From Waddliaceae bacterium (GTDB lineage Bacteria; Chlamydiota; Chlamydiia; Chlamydiales; GCA-2709385): DNA of 64,000 nucleotides. This document shows, piece by piece, positions 19,336 to 28,881 of this stretch (its first letter is position 1; each line of letters begins with the position of its first letter). The notes beneath the pieces are model-generated. The model did not search any database. It was not told the DNA's origin and saw only the letters and a list, made by a program, of their open reading frames with translations. The stretch is taken from contig PAQS01000031.1 of the NCBI GenBank assembly GCA_002709385.1, positions 7,398 to 71,397 on the forward strand, in the 5' to 3' direction. The position numbers and the translations under genes are program-made.

Positions 19336-20272
19336 TCTTAATAGTCCAGTTTCAGCCGCTTCAATCGAAGAAATAGAGTCCACTACCCCAACTCTTTCTC
19401 AAGAGGTTCATATTCCTAGAGAAAATGAACCCTGGGTGGACTCTCTCACCCGTTCTTATCAATCTCTTCCTATACCCAATAAGCCTCCTCAAAAAAAACA
19501 AAAAATAAAAAAATATAGCAAACTAAGAAGTCTGTTCTATTTACCTTGTCATATTCAAGAAATTAAAGTGGAAGATCTCATTCAATGGCCTCCTGAAAGA
19601 ATACAATCTTTACACCATCGAATTGCGTCTTATTTTAAAGCTGAAATTCTAGAAAAAATGTCTCAAGAACAAATCTCAGCATTTCACCCAAATACAATGA
19701 AGCGTTGGGATCGAGTACAACTCCTATCTGCTTTGCCAAAAATTATACCTGAAAACTTACCTAATATTTTACATCGCCATAATGCAACAGCTTTGCGTCA
19801 AATACATAAAGCTCTCTCTGTCGCACAAAAACGTTTTCTTTACACTCCATTTCTTAAAGCAACAACTGTTGCAGCTCTTATGCGTGAGATTAAAAACGCT
19901 ACAAAAGGTCATCTCTGTATTACAGTGACAAATTTATGGAAAAAGAACCAACAAGCTTGTGCAATTCTTTTTTATACTGTTTCTACAAGATTGAAACGCA
20001 CTTTACTAAAATTTATGACTAGTGAGCAAATCGCTTTTGGAATTGAACATTTAGATCCATTACTTGCTTATGCACTTATGGGTAAACTTTGCCACGAACG
20101 CCAGCGAGAAGTTTTACACTTTCTTCCTGAAGGACCTGTAAGAAATTTATGCTTACAGCGTAAGTATTTATCTGAATCTATTTCACGCTTAGAAGTTGAA
20201 ATTATGATCAATGAATTAAGACAAGAACTCTTAAATCAAAATCAATCTTCATCAGAAGCAGTAAGTAAATAA
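19322..20272 (+). CDS. Hypothetical protein (basic, helical)
   Basis: 316-aa ORF overlapping the trmL end; S/T/P-rich N-terminus; no recognised family. Confidence 0.65.
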   Translation: MMRIDLNSPVSAASIEEIESTTPTLSQEVHIPRENEPWVDSLTRSYQSLPIPNKPPQKKQKIKKYSKLRSLFYLPCHIQEIKVEDLIQWPPERIQSLHHRIASYFKAEILEKMSQEQISAFHPNTMKRWDRVQLLSALPKIIPENLPNILHRHNATALRQIHKALSVAQKRFLYTPFLKATTVAALMREIKNATKGHLCITVTNLWKKNQQACAILFYTVSTRLKRTLLKFMTSEQIAFGIEHLDPLLAYALMGKLCHERQREVLHFLPEGPVRNLCLQRKYLSESISRLEVEIMINELRQELLNQNQSSSEAVSK

Positions 20273-20346
20273 ATTTATTCTTGACTATTCTTATTCAACT
20301 ATGGCGTGATTTAAGTATCAGTTTCTTTACTTAGATCGGACGAGAA

Positions 20347-22494
20347 ATGAAAATATTTGGATTATCTCTTCACGCTCAAATTTTTGCTTCAATGATTCTC
20401 GGGGTAGTTGCCGGGGTCTTTTTTGGCGAGTTATGTGCTCCTCTTGCACAGCTAGGAGATGTATTCGTCATGCTACTTAAAATGACTGTTATTCCCTATA
20501 TGAGCTGTGCCTTAATTTATTCTCTCGGCAGGCTTTCGATTAAAGAGGCTAAATTTTTATTGAAAGAATTTATTCTTGTTGTTCCCATTTTTGCATGTAC
20601 TATTATTATCTGTGTCTACACAGCTAGCTACATCTTACCGTATCCAGAAGCCGCCTTGCATCATAGTTTTGTAGATACTGAGCAAGCCCATGAAAATCTT
20701 TTACAACTATTCATTCCGATCAACCCTTTTAAGGCATTAGCTACAGATAGTATTCCTGCAATTGTCCTATTTAGTGTTTTATTTGGCTTAGCTATGCTAC
20801 CTCTAAAGAATAAGCAAACTCTTTTGAGTAGCTTTCATACAGCTATAGAGGCCCTAACAAAAATTACACAATGGGTCGCTTCATTATCTCCAATAGGTGT
20901 ATTTGCCCTTTTGGCGAGTAGTACTGGTACTATGACATTTCCACAGTTTGAAAAAATTCGTATCTATCTACTTGCCATGTTAACTGCTACTACACTTGTG
21001 AGTCTTTGGGTTCTTCCTAGGCTTGTTGCTTTATTTACTCCAATAAGCTCAAAAGAATTTTTAAAAGAAATGCAGCCCGCAATTCTTCTTGGATTCACAA
21101 CGAGTAATACAATCATCACTATTCCTCTCATCATGAATTCCATTGAACGAGTACTAAAAAAACATAATATGGGAGATGCTAAGAGTCAAAATGCCCTTAA
21201 TTCTATCGTTCCAATAGTCTATAACTGTCCAACAGCAGGCAATCTTTTTGCCATGCTCTTCATTATTTTTACCGCATTATTTTACGCAGTTCCTTTTAGC
21301 GTTTGGGACCATATTAAGCTTATTAGTTTATCTCTTCCTGTTCTAATTGGGGCCGTAAATGCAACCTTAAGCGGTGTGACTTTTCTTATTGATAATCTCC
21401 AGCTACCTATTGATGCGATTAGTTTATATATCGAAACGTTCACAGTGACACGTAACTTTCAAGCCATGGTATCTGTCGTTGGAATTGCTGCTGTGTCTCT
21501 CACTATATCTATGGCTTGTTATGGTTCAATGAAACTCCAGTGGGGATTAATCTGGAAAAAATTAGGACTAACCGCAGCTGTATATTTCGTTATTATTGCT
21601 TTGGTATCTTTTCTTGGTCCAGATACAATCACACAAAAAGAACCATTTAGTCATTTAAGCATTCACAATCCCGTTTCTTCCCGCGTATTCAAGCAAAGTG
21701 AAAAAGTTCCAGAACTTCAAATAGATCCTCAGCTTTCAACAATTGAGCAAATTAAAAAGCATAAAATCTTGCGAGTGGGCTACAACAGTAATGCTATTCC
21801 TTTCTGCTATTTCAACTCACAAGAAGAACTAGTTGGTTTAGATGTTGCAGTCATGCATGAATTAGCAAGAACATTAGAAGTAGGAATCGAATTCATTCCT
21901 TTTACTTATCAGAATTTAGAGAAAAACCTTATTGAGAAGAAGTTTCATATTGCAATTGGAAGTATTGCAATCACAGAATCTCGTTTGGAATCGATGGGTT
22001 TTACAGAACCTTACACAACTGAAAGCCGCTGCCTTGTAGTGAAAGATCATAGACGAGGAGAATTTAGTTCTGTTGAAAATATTCAATCAAAAAAACAACT
22101 TAAAATTGCTTCTCTTGAAGGGTCATCCCATGAATCAAAAGCTAAATTTTGGTTTCCTAATGCACAATTAGTACAAATATCAGATCTAAACCAATTCCTA
22201 GCCCCTAACTTAGCCGATGCTCTTCTTTGGACAAAAGATGAAGCGATTACATGGTGTTTAATGAACCCGCAATACTCTGTTGTCATTCCTCTACCTCATA
22301 TTGGTAAAGAACAGTATGCGTATGGATTAGAACAAGGAGATGAAGATTTTACAAGCTATGTAAACTACTGGATCGATCTAAAGCGCTTAGATGGTTTTTT
22401 GGAGCAAGAAAAAAGGTTATGGATTTTTGGTGAAGAGAAGCATAGCACTCCTCGATGGTCTATTATTCGCAATGTATTGCATTGGATAGACTAA
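20347..22494 (+). CDS. Dicarboxylate/amino acid:cation symporter fused to a family-3 substrate-binding domain
   Basis: N-terminal DAACS features (F..LLKM.VIP, FIPINPF.AL, SPIGVFAL, FTTSNT); C-terminal LRVGY...PF...GLDV, ITESR...FTEPY. Confidence 0.85.
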   Translation: MKIFGLSLHAQIFASMILGVVAGVFFGELCAPLAQLGDVFVMLLKMTVIPYMSCALIYSLGRLSIKEAKFLLKEFILVVPIFACTIIICVYTASYILPYPEAALHHSFVDTEQAHENLLQLFIPINPFKALATDSIPAIVLFSVLFGLAMLPLKNKQTLLSSFHTAIEALTKITQWVASLSPIGVFALLASSTGTMTFPQFEKIRIYLLAMLTATTLVSLWVLPRLVALFTPISSKEFLKEMQPAILLGFTTSNTIITIPLIMNSIERVLKKHNMGDAKSQNALNSIVPIVYNCPTAGNLFAMLFIIFTALFYAVPFSVWDHIKLISLSLPVLIGAVNATLSGVTFLIDNLQLPIDAISLYIETFTVTRNFQAMVSVVGIAAVSLTISMACYGSMKLQWGLIWKKLGLTAAVYFVIIALVSFLGPDTITQKEPFSHLSIHNPVSSRVFKQSEKVPELQIDPQLSTIEQIKKHKILRVGYNSNAIPFCYFNSQEELVGLDVAVMHELARTLEVGIEFIPFTYQNLEKNLIEKKFHIAIGSIAITESRLESMGFTEPYTTESRCLVVKDHRRGEFSSVENIQSKKQLKIASLEGSSHESKAKFWFPNAQLVQISDLNQFLAPNLADALLWTKDEAITWCLMNPQYSVVIPLPHIGKEQYAYGLEQGDEDFTSYVNYWIDLKRLDGFLEQEKRLWIFGEEKHSTPRWSIIRNVLHWID

Positions 22495-22501
22495 ATAGAC
22501 T

Positions 22502-22529
22502 TGAGTACCGCTTTTTATTGCGGTACTCA
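22502..22529. terminator. Bidirectional terminator-like hairpin between convergent genes
   Basis: TGAGTACCGC/GCGGTACTCA perfect 10-bp stem between the symporter and trxA stops. Confidence 0.7.
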
Positions 22530-22544
22530 TCTATAAAAGAGCTA

Positions 22545-22871
22545 CTAAAGCGCTGATGAAATTAAGCGAGATAAAGCATCTGCATCTTTTAAACCAACAA
22601 TACGATTGATTTCTTCACCGTTTTTGTATAGGACAAGAGTTGGAACGGAAGCAATTTCTTCTTTTGCTGTAACTTCTTGAGCTTTATCAATATCTACCTG
22701 GGCAATTCGTGCCTTTCCTTGCATCTCTTCAGCTACTTGCTTCAGAATAGGTCCAAGCATTCGGCATGGGCCACACCATTCTGCAAAGAAATCTACTAAA
22801 ACGACCCCTTCATTAATAAAGCTTGCAAAATTTCCATCATCAAGTTGCTCAATTAGTTCACTTTCAGCCAT
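22545..22871 (-). CDS. trxA: Thioredoxin
   Basis: VDFFAEWCGPC; 108 aa. Confidence 0.97.
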   Translation of the reverse strand: MAESELIEQLDDGNFASFINEGVVLVDFFAEWCGPCRMLGPILKQVAEEMQGKARIAQVDIDKAQEVTAKEEIASVPTLVLYKNGEEINRIVGLKDADALSRLISSAL

Positions 22872-23108
22872 GACTTCCCCACTCTGACTCGTTATTTTAA
22901 ATAGGATTCGTATCTAGGATTATACAGTACAATCCGTTTTTCCGCAGGGGAAATTTCTCTGAAGAAAGAGCTTGATTCAAGTAAATTTATACTTTGGAAA
23001 AAACATCACTTACTCATTCTTTGCATTTATTCTTGAGTTTTTCAGTGTCTTTTACGAGAGTGAAATTAAAGAGATAATTAGTATTTCAATTAAAAAGAGT
23101 TGTTTATC

Positions 23109-25043
23109 ATGAAAAAGCAAATGCGTTTGTTGATCATTGATCCTAATACAGATAAAAATACCCAACTTACAAATGTCTTACAAGAGATTGGCATTACGAA
23201 TACATCTGTTTTATGTCATCCCGATCATGCTGAAGCACTTGCAATTCAAGAACCTTTTGATTTGATTATATTAGGTGATGTCTTTGTAGAGAAAAATGTC
23301 ACGCAAGCTATTAAAATTTTGAAAAAAAGTCCTCATACCAATCAAATTCCCATTATTCTTCATACTATTTCTAAAAAAGCTGCTGCAACAAGACAGCTTG
23401 TGGCTTTAGGTATAGAGTCTGTTTTACTTGCTCCTTGTGATCAAAATTCTCTTTCTCGAGCAATTAAAGAGAGTCTAAAAGTTGCGAAATCTAAAGAGTA
23501 TAGTCAATTGGTTCGCAATGCACACTTCTTTGAAGAATTTAGTAATCAAGAGATCAAAGAATTTGCTAAAGTAGCTATTCCTCGCCGCTTTGAAGCTGGG
23601 GAAAGTATTATTAGTAAGGGGGACCCTGCAGATCGTTTCTATATTTTACTTAAAGGATCTGTTGAAATTGTTGTCCCTAAAAAAGATGGACACCCCTACC
23701 GTTGTCCAGTGGCACAAGGAGATTCTTTCGGTGAACTTGCTATTTTAGATCATACAGAACGCACTGCATGGTGCATTGCCTCCGATGATTGCCTTGTTCT
23801 AGAAATTGGTGAGCATATTATCCGTGATCAAAGCTTTACACTACGTCATAAAGTTTTATCTAAGCTTGCTTTTGTACTTGCTGCTCGATTACGAAATACC
23901 AATGACGCAATCAAACAAGCTCTTTTACCAGACGAAGAAGTTACGACTAACATGAATGAAAGTGAGTTAGTAGAGGAAGAATTTAGTGATAATGAAGAAA
24001 TAGAAGAGTTCGACGATACAATAGAGATGGAAAATACCGATTCATCTACAGGAGATCAAAATCCTTATTTACAACCTACAGGAAAAGCCTTAGAAATCAG
24101 CGATGAAGTTCAATCTCAAGAAGAATATGATATTTTAACCCGTAAAGTTCTCTTAAGAACAGATTTTGTAGCGGCTAAAGTACCTAATACATTAGGTGAT
24201 GTCTTCCGCAATAAATTATTTGGTTACCTTACAGGTGGAAAACTTGCAAAAATGAACCCTCATAAATTGTGGAACCCTAAATGGTTTACACCTGGAACTC
24301 CCCGCACAAAACGAGCATTGCATTTAGTTGTTTTAGCTAGCCAAGGTGATGAGTATTACAATGAAGCTTATCTGGGCTTACCATTTACTCAAAAAGTTAT
24401 TGCTATGTCTGACACAGGATGTACAGGTACTTTTTTAGGTTCCGACCAGGCTATTGATCGTTATTTTAAAAAAGAATGTTTAAAAAAAGCTATTCAACTT
24501 GATTTAGAAATGCCGATTGATCGTGTTTGGCGTCGTAAAGAATGTATTGAATTTCTCACTCATACAGCAGCAGACGTAAGACCTGATACCTTATTTTTGA
24601 TTTTTGATCGCTTCGATGGGAGAAATACCCAAATTGCTCGGGAGGCTTTCCCTGATCATCAAATGATCACAGTTCTTTTGGATTTGAATGGAGACCCTGA
24701 AAATCCTAGCTCATTTTTTGTTCAGCCTGAAGAAAAGCTCCAAGAAGCAAGAATGTTATGTAAAAAAGCTGATTATGTAGGTGATGGGTTTTATAGTGGA
24801 CAAAGCTATTTTATTGCAGGGCTCGGAGCTTGCTTTGAAGAAACCGCTTTTCAACAATCTGGCCCTCTGTTTGGAATGATCGGAACTTTAGCTCAAATGG
24901 GACCTGATTATTCAGGTGTCACTTGGGGTTCAAAGGGAGGAGCTGAAGGGGCTGTTAAAGCAGCCCGTGCTCTTTATGGAATGGCCGGTGCCCAATCATC
25001 AAAAGATCTTGCAAATGCAATCAATTGGGCTGATGGAACCTAA
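23109..25043 (+). CDS. Receiver-like + cyclic-nucleotide-binding + unknown C-terminal domain protein
   Basis: REC-like N-terminus (LLIID..DLIIL..IPIIL); cNMP domain GESIISKGD..FYILLKGSV..FGELAILD..RTA; acidic linker; ~310-aa unrecognised C-terminus. Confidence 0.8.
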   Translation: MKKQMRLLIIDPNTDKNTQLTNVLQEIGITNTSVLCHPDHAEALAIQEPFDLIILGDVFVEKNVTQAIKILKKSPHTNQIPIILHTISKKAAATRQLVALGIESVLLAPCDQNSLSRAIKESLKVAKSKEYSQLVRNAHFFEEFSNQEIKEFAKVAIPRRFEAGESIISKGDPADRFYILLKGSVEIVVPKKDGHPYRCPVAQGDSFGELAILDHTERTAWCIASDDCLVLEIGEHIIRDQSFTLRHKVLSKLAFVLAARLRNTNDAIKQALLPDEEVTTNMNESELVEEEFSDNEEIEEFDDTIEMENTDSSTGDQNPYLQPTGKALEISDEVQSQEEYDILTRKVLLRTDFVAAKVPNTLGDVFRNKLFGYLTGGKLAKMNPHKLWNPKWFTPGTPRTKRALHLVVLASQGDEYYNEAYLGLPFTQKVIAMSDTGCTGTFLGSDQAIDRYFKKECLKKAIQLDLEMPIDRVWRRKECIEFLTHTAADVRPDTLFLIFDRFDGRNTQIAREAFPDHQMITVLLDLNGDPENPSSFFVQPEEKLQEARMLCKKADYVGDGFYSGQSYFIAGLGACFEETAFQQSGPLFGMIGTLAQMGPDYSGVTWGSKGGAEGAVKAARALYGMAGAQSSKDLANAINWADGT

Positions 25044-25154
25044 ACGATTCGTTCGTGATTGAAAAACGAATCTTATTAGGTTAATATAGATAGTTCTAGC
25101 TAGATTTTGCTCGCTTGAAATTATTCTATTTATCTTCTACTGCAACAAGTGCTT

Positions 25155-26960
25155 ATGTTTGAGTATCAACTTAAAAACATTAGAAATTTTTCGATTATTG
25201 CTCATATTGACCATGGTAAGTCTACAATAGCTGACCGTTTACTCGAGCTCACTCAAACTGTACAAGCTAGAGAAATGAAACAACAGTTGCTTGACGACAT
25301 GGATCTCGAGCGTGAACGTGGGATTACGATCAAGGCGCATCCTGTAACGATGCTCTATAAAGCCTCTGATGGACAGACCTATCAAATTAATTTAATTGAT
25401 ACACCTGGACACGTTGACTTTACTTATGAAGTCTCTCGTTCTCTCTCTGCTTGTGAAGGAGCTTTACTCGTTATCGATGCTGCTCAAGGAGTACAAGCAC
25501 AAACTTTAGCCAATGTACATTTGGCTATTGAGCGAGATTTAGAGATTGTCCCTGTTCTCAATAAAGTGGACTTACCTGCGGCTGATGTAGAAGCTACCAA
25601 GCGCCAAATTGAAGAGATCATTGGTTTAGATGCCTCTAATGCTGTTTCATGCTCAGCTAAAACAGGAATAGGCGTAGATAAAATTCTTGAGGAAATCATT
25701 CAACTTGTTCCTCCACCGAAATCTCCTGAAGATGACATCCTCCGTGCTCTAATTTTTGACTCTTACTACGATGCTTATCGTGGCGCTATGGTTTACATAC
25801 GTATTATTAGCGGTGAGTTGAAAAAAAGAGATGTTATTCGTTTCATGTCAACAAACAAGCAGTTTGATGTCAACGAAGTAGGAATATTTTCTCCTGATGA
25901 ACAACCTGTTGATGTACTAAGACCAGGCGAGGTGGGATATTTTGTTGCGAACATCAAAAAAAGCTCTGATGTAAATGTCGGTGATACTGTAACTCTTCAA
26001 AAGCGGCCTGCCCCAGCACCTCTTCCAGGTTTTCAAAAAATTACCCCCGTTGTATTTGCTGGTATTTATCCCGTTGACACCTCAGATTTCGAGGCTCTCC
26101 GCGATGCTCTAGTCAAACTACAGCTCAATGACTCAGCTCTTAATGTTGAGCAAGAAAGCAGTACAGCTTTAGGGTTTGGTTTCCGTTGTGGATTTCTTGG
26201 TCTTCTTCACTTGGAAATCGTCTTTGAACGTTTAAGCCGCGAATTTGATCTCGACATCATCACTACAGCTCCAAGCGTTATCTATAAAGTCATCATGAAT
26301 AATGGTGATGAAATTAGTGTGGATAACCCCGCTCATTTTCCTGATCTTACAAACGTAGCACAAGTGCAAGAGCCTTGGGTTCGTGCTAGTATCATGGCTC
26401 CAGCTGAGTTTCTCGGAGCCATCATGAGTTTAGGTATGGATAAACGTGGACAGTGTGAAAATACCGAATCGGTAGATAACACTCGTCTCTTGCTTACCTA
26501 TCGTTTTCCTTTAAACGAGATCATTACAGACTTCAACGATAAGCTTAAGTCTGTAACAAAAGGCTATGGCTCTTACGATTACGAATTTGACCGTTACGAA
26601 AAAGGCGACATCATCAAATTAGACATTCGTGTAAACGAAGAGTCTGTAGATGCCTTTTCATGCCTGGTACACCGTTCTAAAGCTGAATCTAAGGGACGCG
26701 CTATCTGTGCGAAATTGAAAGATGTAATTCCTCAACAGCTTTTCAAAGTTCCCATTCAAGGAGCTATTGGTGGAAAAATCGTTGCACGAGAAACGATCAG
26801 CGCCCTTGCAAAAAATGTTACCGCTAAATGCTATGGTGGAGACATCACCAGGAAAAGAAAACTCTGGGAAAAGCAGAAAAAAGGTAAAAAGAAAATGCGC
26901 GAATTTGGAAAAGTAAGTATTCCACAAGAAGCCTTTATGCGCGTTCTCAAAGCGGATTAG
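25155..26960 (+). CDS. lepA: Elongation factor 4
   Basis: [52 protein letters not shown]. Confidence 0.98.
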   Translation: MFEYQLKNIRNFSIIAHIDHGKSTIADRLLELTQTVQAREMKQQLLDDMDLERERGITIKAHPVTMLYKASDGQTYQINLIDTPGHVDFTYEVSRSLSACEGALLVIDAAQGVQAQTLANVHLAIERDLEIVPVLNKVDLPAADVEATKRQIEEIIGLDASNAVSCSAKTGIGVDKILEEIIQLVPPPKSPEDDILRALIFDSYYDAYRGAMVYIRIISGELKKRDVIRFMSTNKQFDVNEVGIFSPDEQPVDVLRPGEVGYFVANIKKSSDVNVGDTVTLQKRPAPAPLPGFQKITPVVFAGIYPVDTSDFEALRDALVKLQLNDSALNVEQESSTALGFGFRCGFLGLLHLEIVFERLSREFDLDIITTAPSVIYKVIMNNGDEISVDNPAHFPDLTNVAQVQEPWVRASIMAPAEFLGAIMSLGMDKRGQCENTESVDNTRLLLTYRFPLNEIITDFNDKLKSVTKGYGSYDYEFDRYEKGDIIKLDIRVNEESVDAFSCLVHRSKAESKGRAICAKLKDVIPQQLFKVPIQGAIGGKIVARETISALAKNVTAKCYGGDITRKRKLWEKQKKGKKKMREFGKVSIPQEAFMRVLKAD

Positions 26961-26977
26961 GTAGCCATTGGAGGTAT
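26952..26977 (-). repeat. Copy of the dispersed motif overlapping the lepA stop codon
   Basis: GCGGATTAGGTAGCCATTGGAGGTAT is the exact 26-nt reverse complement of 51993-52018. Confidence 0.9.
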
Positions 26978-27042
26978 TAAGAATCTGATCAAAATCCTCC
27001 TCTTCTGTACACTCATGTAAATAAACAGAGGGTGTACAGAAA

Positions 27043-27618
27043 ATGAATGATCATCGTGACAATGAGTGGAAATGTATTGACTATTTGATCAATGGAACCT
27101 CTACTCAAAAACTCGCTTATGAAATCTTAAAATCTACAAAAATTCTCGAACACTTAGCTCCCTACCAACCTATTCTCATTGGCACAATCCCTATTGATAT
27201 AGATATTCTTGGCAGTGATATTGATATTGCCTGTGAAGTTTATGATCCTGGACAATTTAAAATAGATCTAATCTCTTTATTTCCTGACATTGAAATTATA
27301 CAAAGAAACTCTGTTGTTATAGGTCGAACAAAAATAAAAAACGTAGATATAGAGTTTTATGGAGAAAATAGTCCTGTAACAGAACAAAGTGGATACATTC
27401 ATATGCTTGTTGAAGCTCGCCTTCTGAAACTAGGAAACGAAACATTCCGAAAAACAATTAGAGATCTTAAAAAATCCGGTCTAAAAACAGAACCTGCTTT
27501 TGCAAAGGTATTATCCATTTCCGGAAATCCTTATCAAAAGCTGCTCGAACTTTACCAATGGAATGAACAAGAGCTACTACAGTTTTTTCAGCTTCGGGAA
27601 CTTTGCAAAAGTACATAA
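27043..27618 (+). CDS. DUF4269-family protein
   Basis: P.LIGTIPIDID..GSDIDIAC, HM.VE.RLL, LK..GLKTEPAFA..L...G.PY. Confidence 0.8.
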   Translation: MNDHRDNEWKCIDYLINGTSTQKLAYEILKSTKILEHLAPYQPILIGTIPIDIDILGSDIDIACEVYDPGQFKIDLISLFPDIEIIQRNSVVIGRTKIKNVDIEFYGENSPVTEQSGYIHMLVEARLLKLGNETFRKTIRDLKKSGLKTEPAFAKVLSISGNPYQKLLELYQWNEQELLQFFQLRELCKST

Positions 27619-27683
27619 ACAGTAATTATTTGATTTTTAATCACTTATCAATCAAATATATTATTCTCAAATAAGGAGTGCTT

Positions 27684-28679
27684 ATGTGTGTATCTGCCCT
27701 GACAAAAGAAACGATAGCAATTGACCCTAATCTGAAAGCAGCCGAAGCAGAGCTTCTCCGTTTCACAGAGAGTGGCGGCCGCTTAATTTTATATTTCGAT
27801 ATTAATAAAACACTCATTGCAGAAGACTCTGCTAGTCTAAAAACTGAAGAAACTCTTTTAAACAATATTCTTAGTCAATACTACAAAGCATGTTGGGATG
27901 AAAATATTTCCGAGGCAATCACTTTTTATGAATATGTCAAAAACCATTTATATCCAGGATCTAAGCAGGATATAGAAACTAAAAATACATGGACAAAGCT
28001 ATCTGGAGAATTTATCCAATGGTTACAAAAAGAACGGCATCCTCTTTACCAAACTGTAAAAGATCATTACCAACGCCTTAGTAATCATATTGGAAAGGAA
28101 AAGATTTTTTCTTCTTTCTTTCGAATGATAGATCTCATCGAAAAGTGTCAATGTCGGGCAAACATTGTTCTTCGTAGTTTTGGCGACGATATTCAGAAAA
28201 CGATTCGCCGCATCGAATCTCACAACAGTAAGTGGAAATTCACTTTTATAGCTAAAGCTGAAAAAGGACAATTTGCCACATCAGAAAATAAAACTCTTAG
28301 TCCTATACAACTATTCAGAACGCTAAACGAACACTCTTTTTCTGCCATTCAAGACGACTACAACTATTGGCATAAGTCACCTCATTGTGAACAGTTTCAA
28401 TACGGTAAAGCATTTCTCTTTGATGAGACAAGCCCTAAAAAGCACTGTATCTTCTTCGATGACCACATTAATATTAAACCTAGCTACCCCAAAAATATTG
28501 TTGCTCCCATTAGCACAAAAAACGGAACTCTAAACGAAGATACACTTGACGCCCTTATTAAGAAAAATCAACTCATACAAGTAGACACAATCCAAGCAAT
28601 AGAAAATCCAAATTACTACACCGATAAAATCATCGATTCACTAAGAGTTTTCTTAAATAGTATTGAGTACTCCTTGTAG
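27684..28679 (+). CDS. Hypothetical protein, HAD-superfamily-like
   Basis: LILYFDINKTLI (motif I-like), VLRSFG.D, IFFDDHI (motif IV-like); AAGGAG SD before ATG 27684. Confidence 0.65.
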   Translation: MCVSALTKETIAIDPNLKAAEAELLRFTESGGRLILYFDINKTLIAEDSASLKTEETLLNNILSQYYKACWDENISEAITFYEYVKNHLYPGSKQDIETKNTWTKLSGEFIQWLQKERHPLYQTVKDHYQRLSNHIGKEKIFSSFFRMIDLIEKCQCRANIVLRSFGDDIQKTIRRIESHNSKWKFTFIAKAEKGQFATSENKTLSPIQLFRTLNEHSFSAIQDDYNYWHKSPHCEQFQYGKAFLFDETSPKKHCIFFDDHINIKPSYPKNIVAPISTKNGTLNEDTLDALIKKNQLIQVDTIQAIENPNYYTDKIIDSLRVFLNSIEYSL

Positions 28680-28881
28680 TAACTTTTTAGCGTATTAATC
28701 CCTATCAGTTTCCTCCAAAAATGCACTCAATACTATTTAAGAAAATTCTTAGTATTTAACCTGATTAAACATAAGATATTTATTTACTTAAAAGTTTATT
28801 TACTAAAACATCACTTGCTAAAGAAAAACCAATAAAACTATATATAAAATTATAACAGAACAAAGTAAGGATACTATTTTC

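Noticed and set aside
26318-26326. Perfect DnaA box TGTGGATAA
   Set aside because: Single copy inside the lepA coding sequence; no box cluster was seen here or next to dnaA, so no oriC call.
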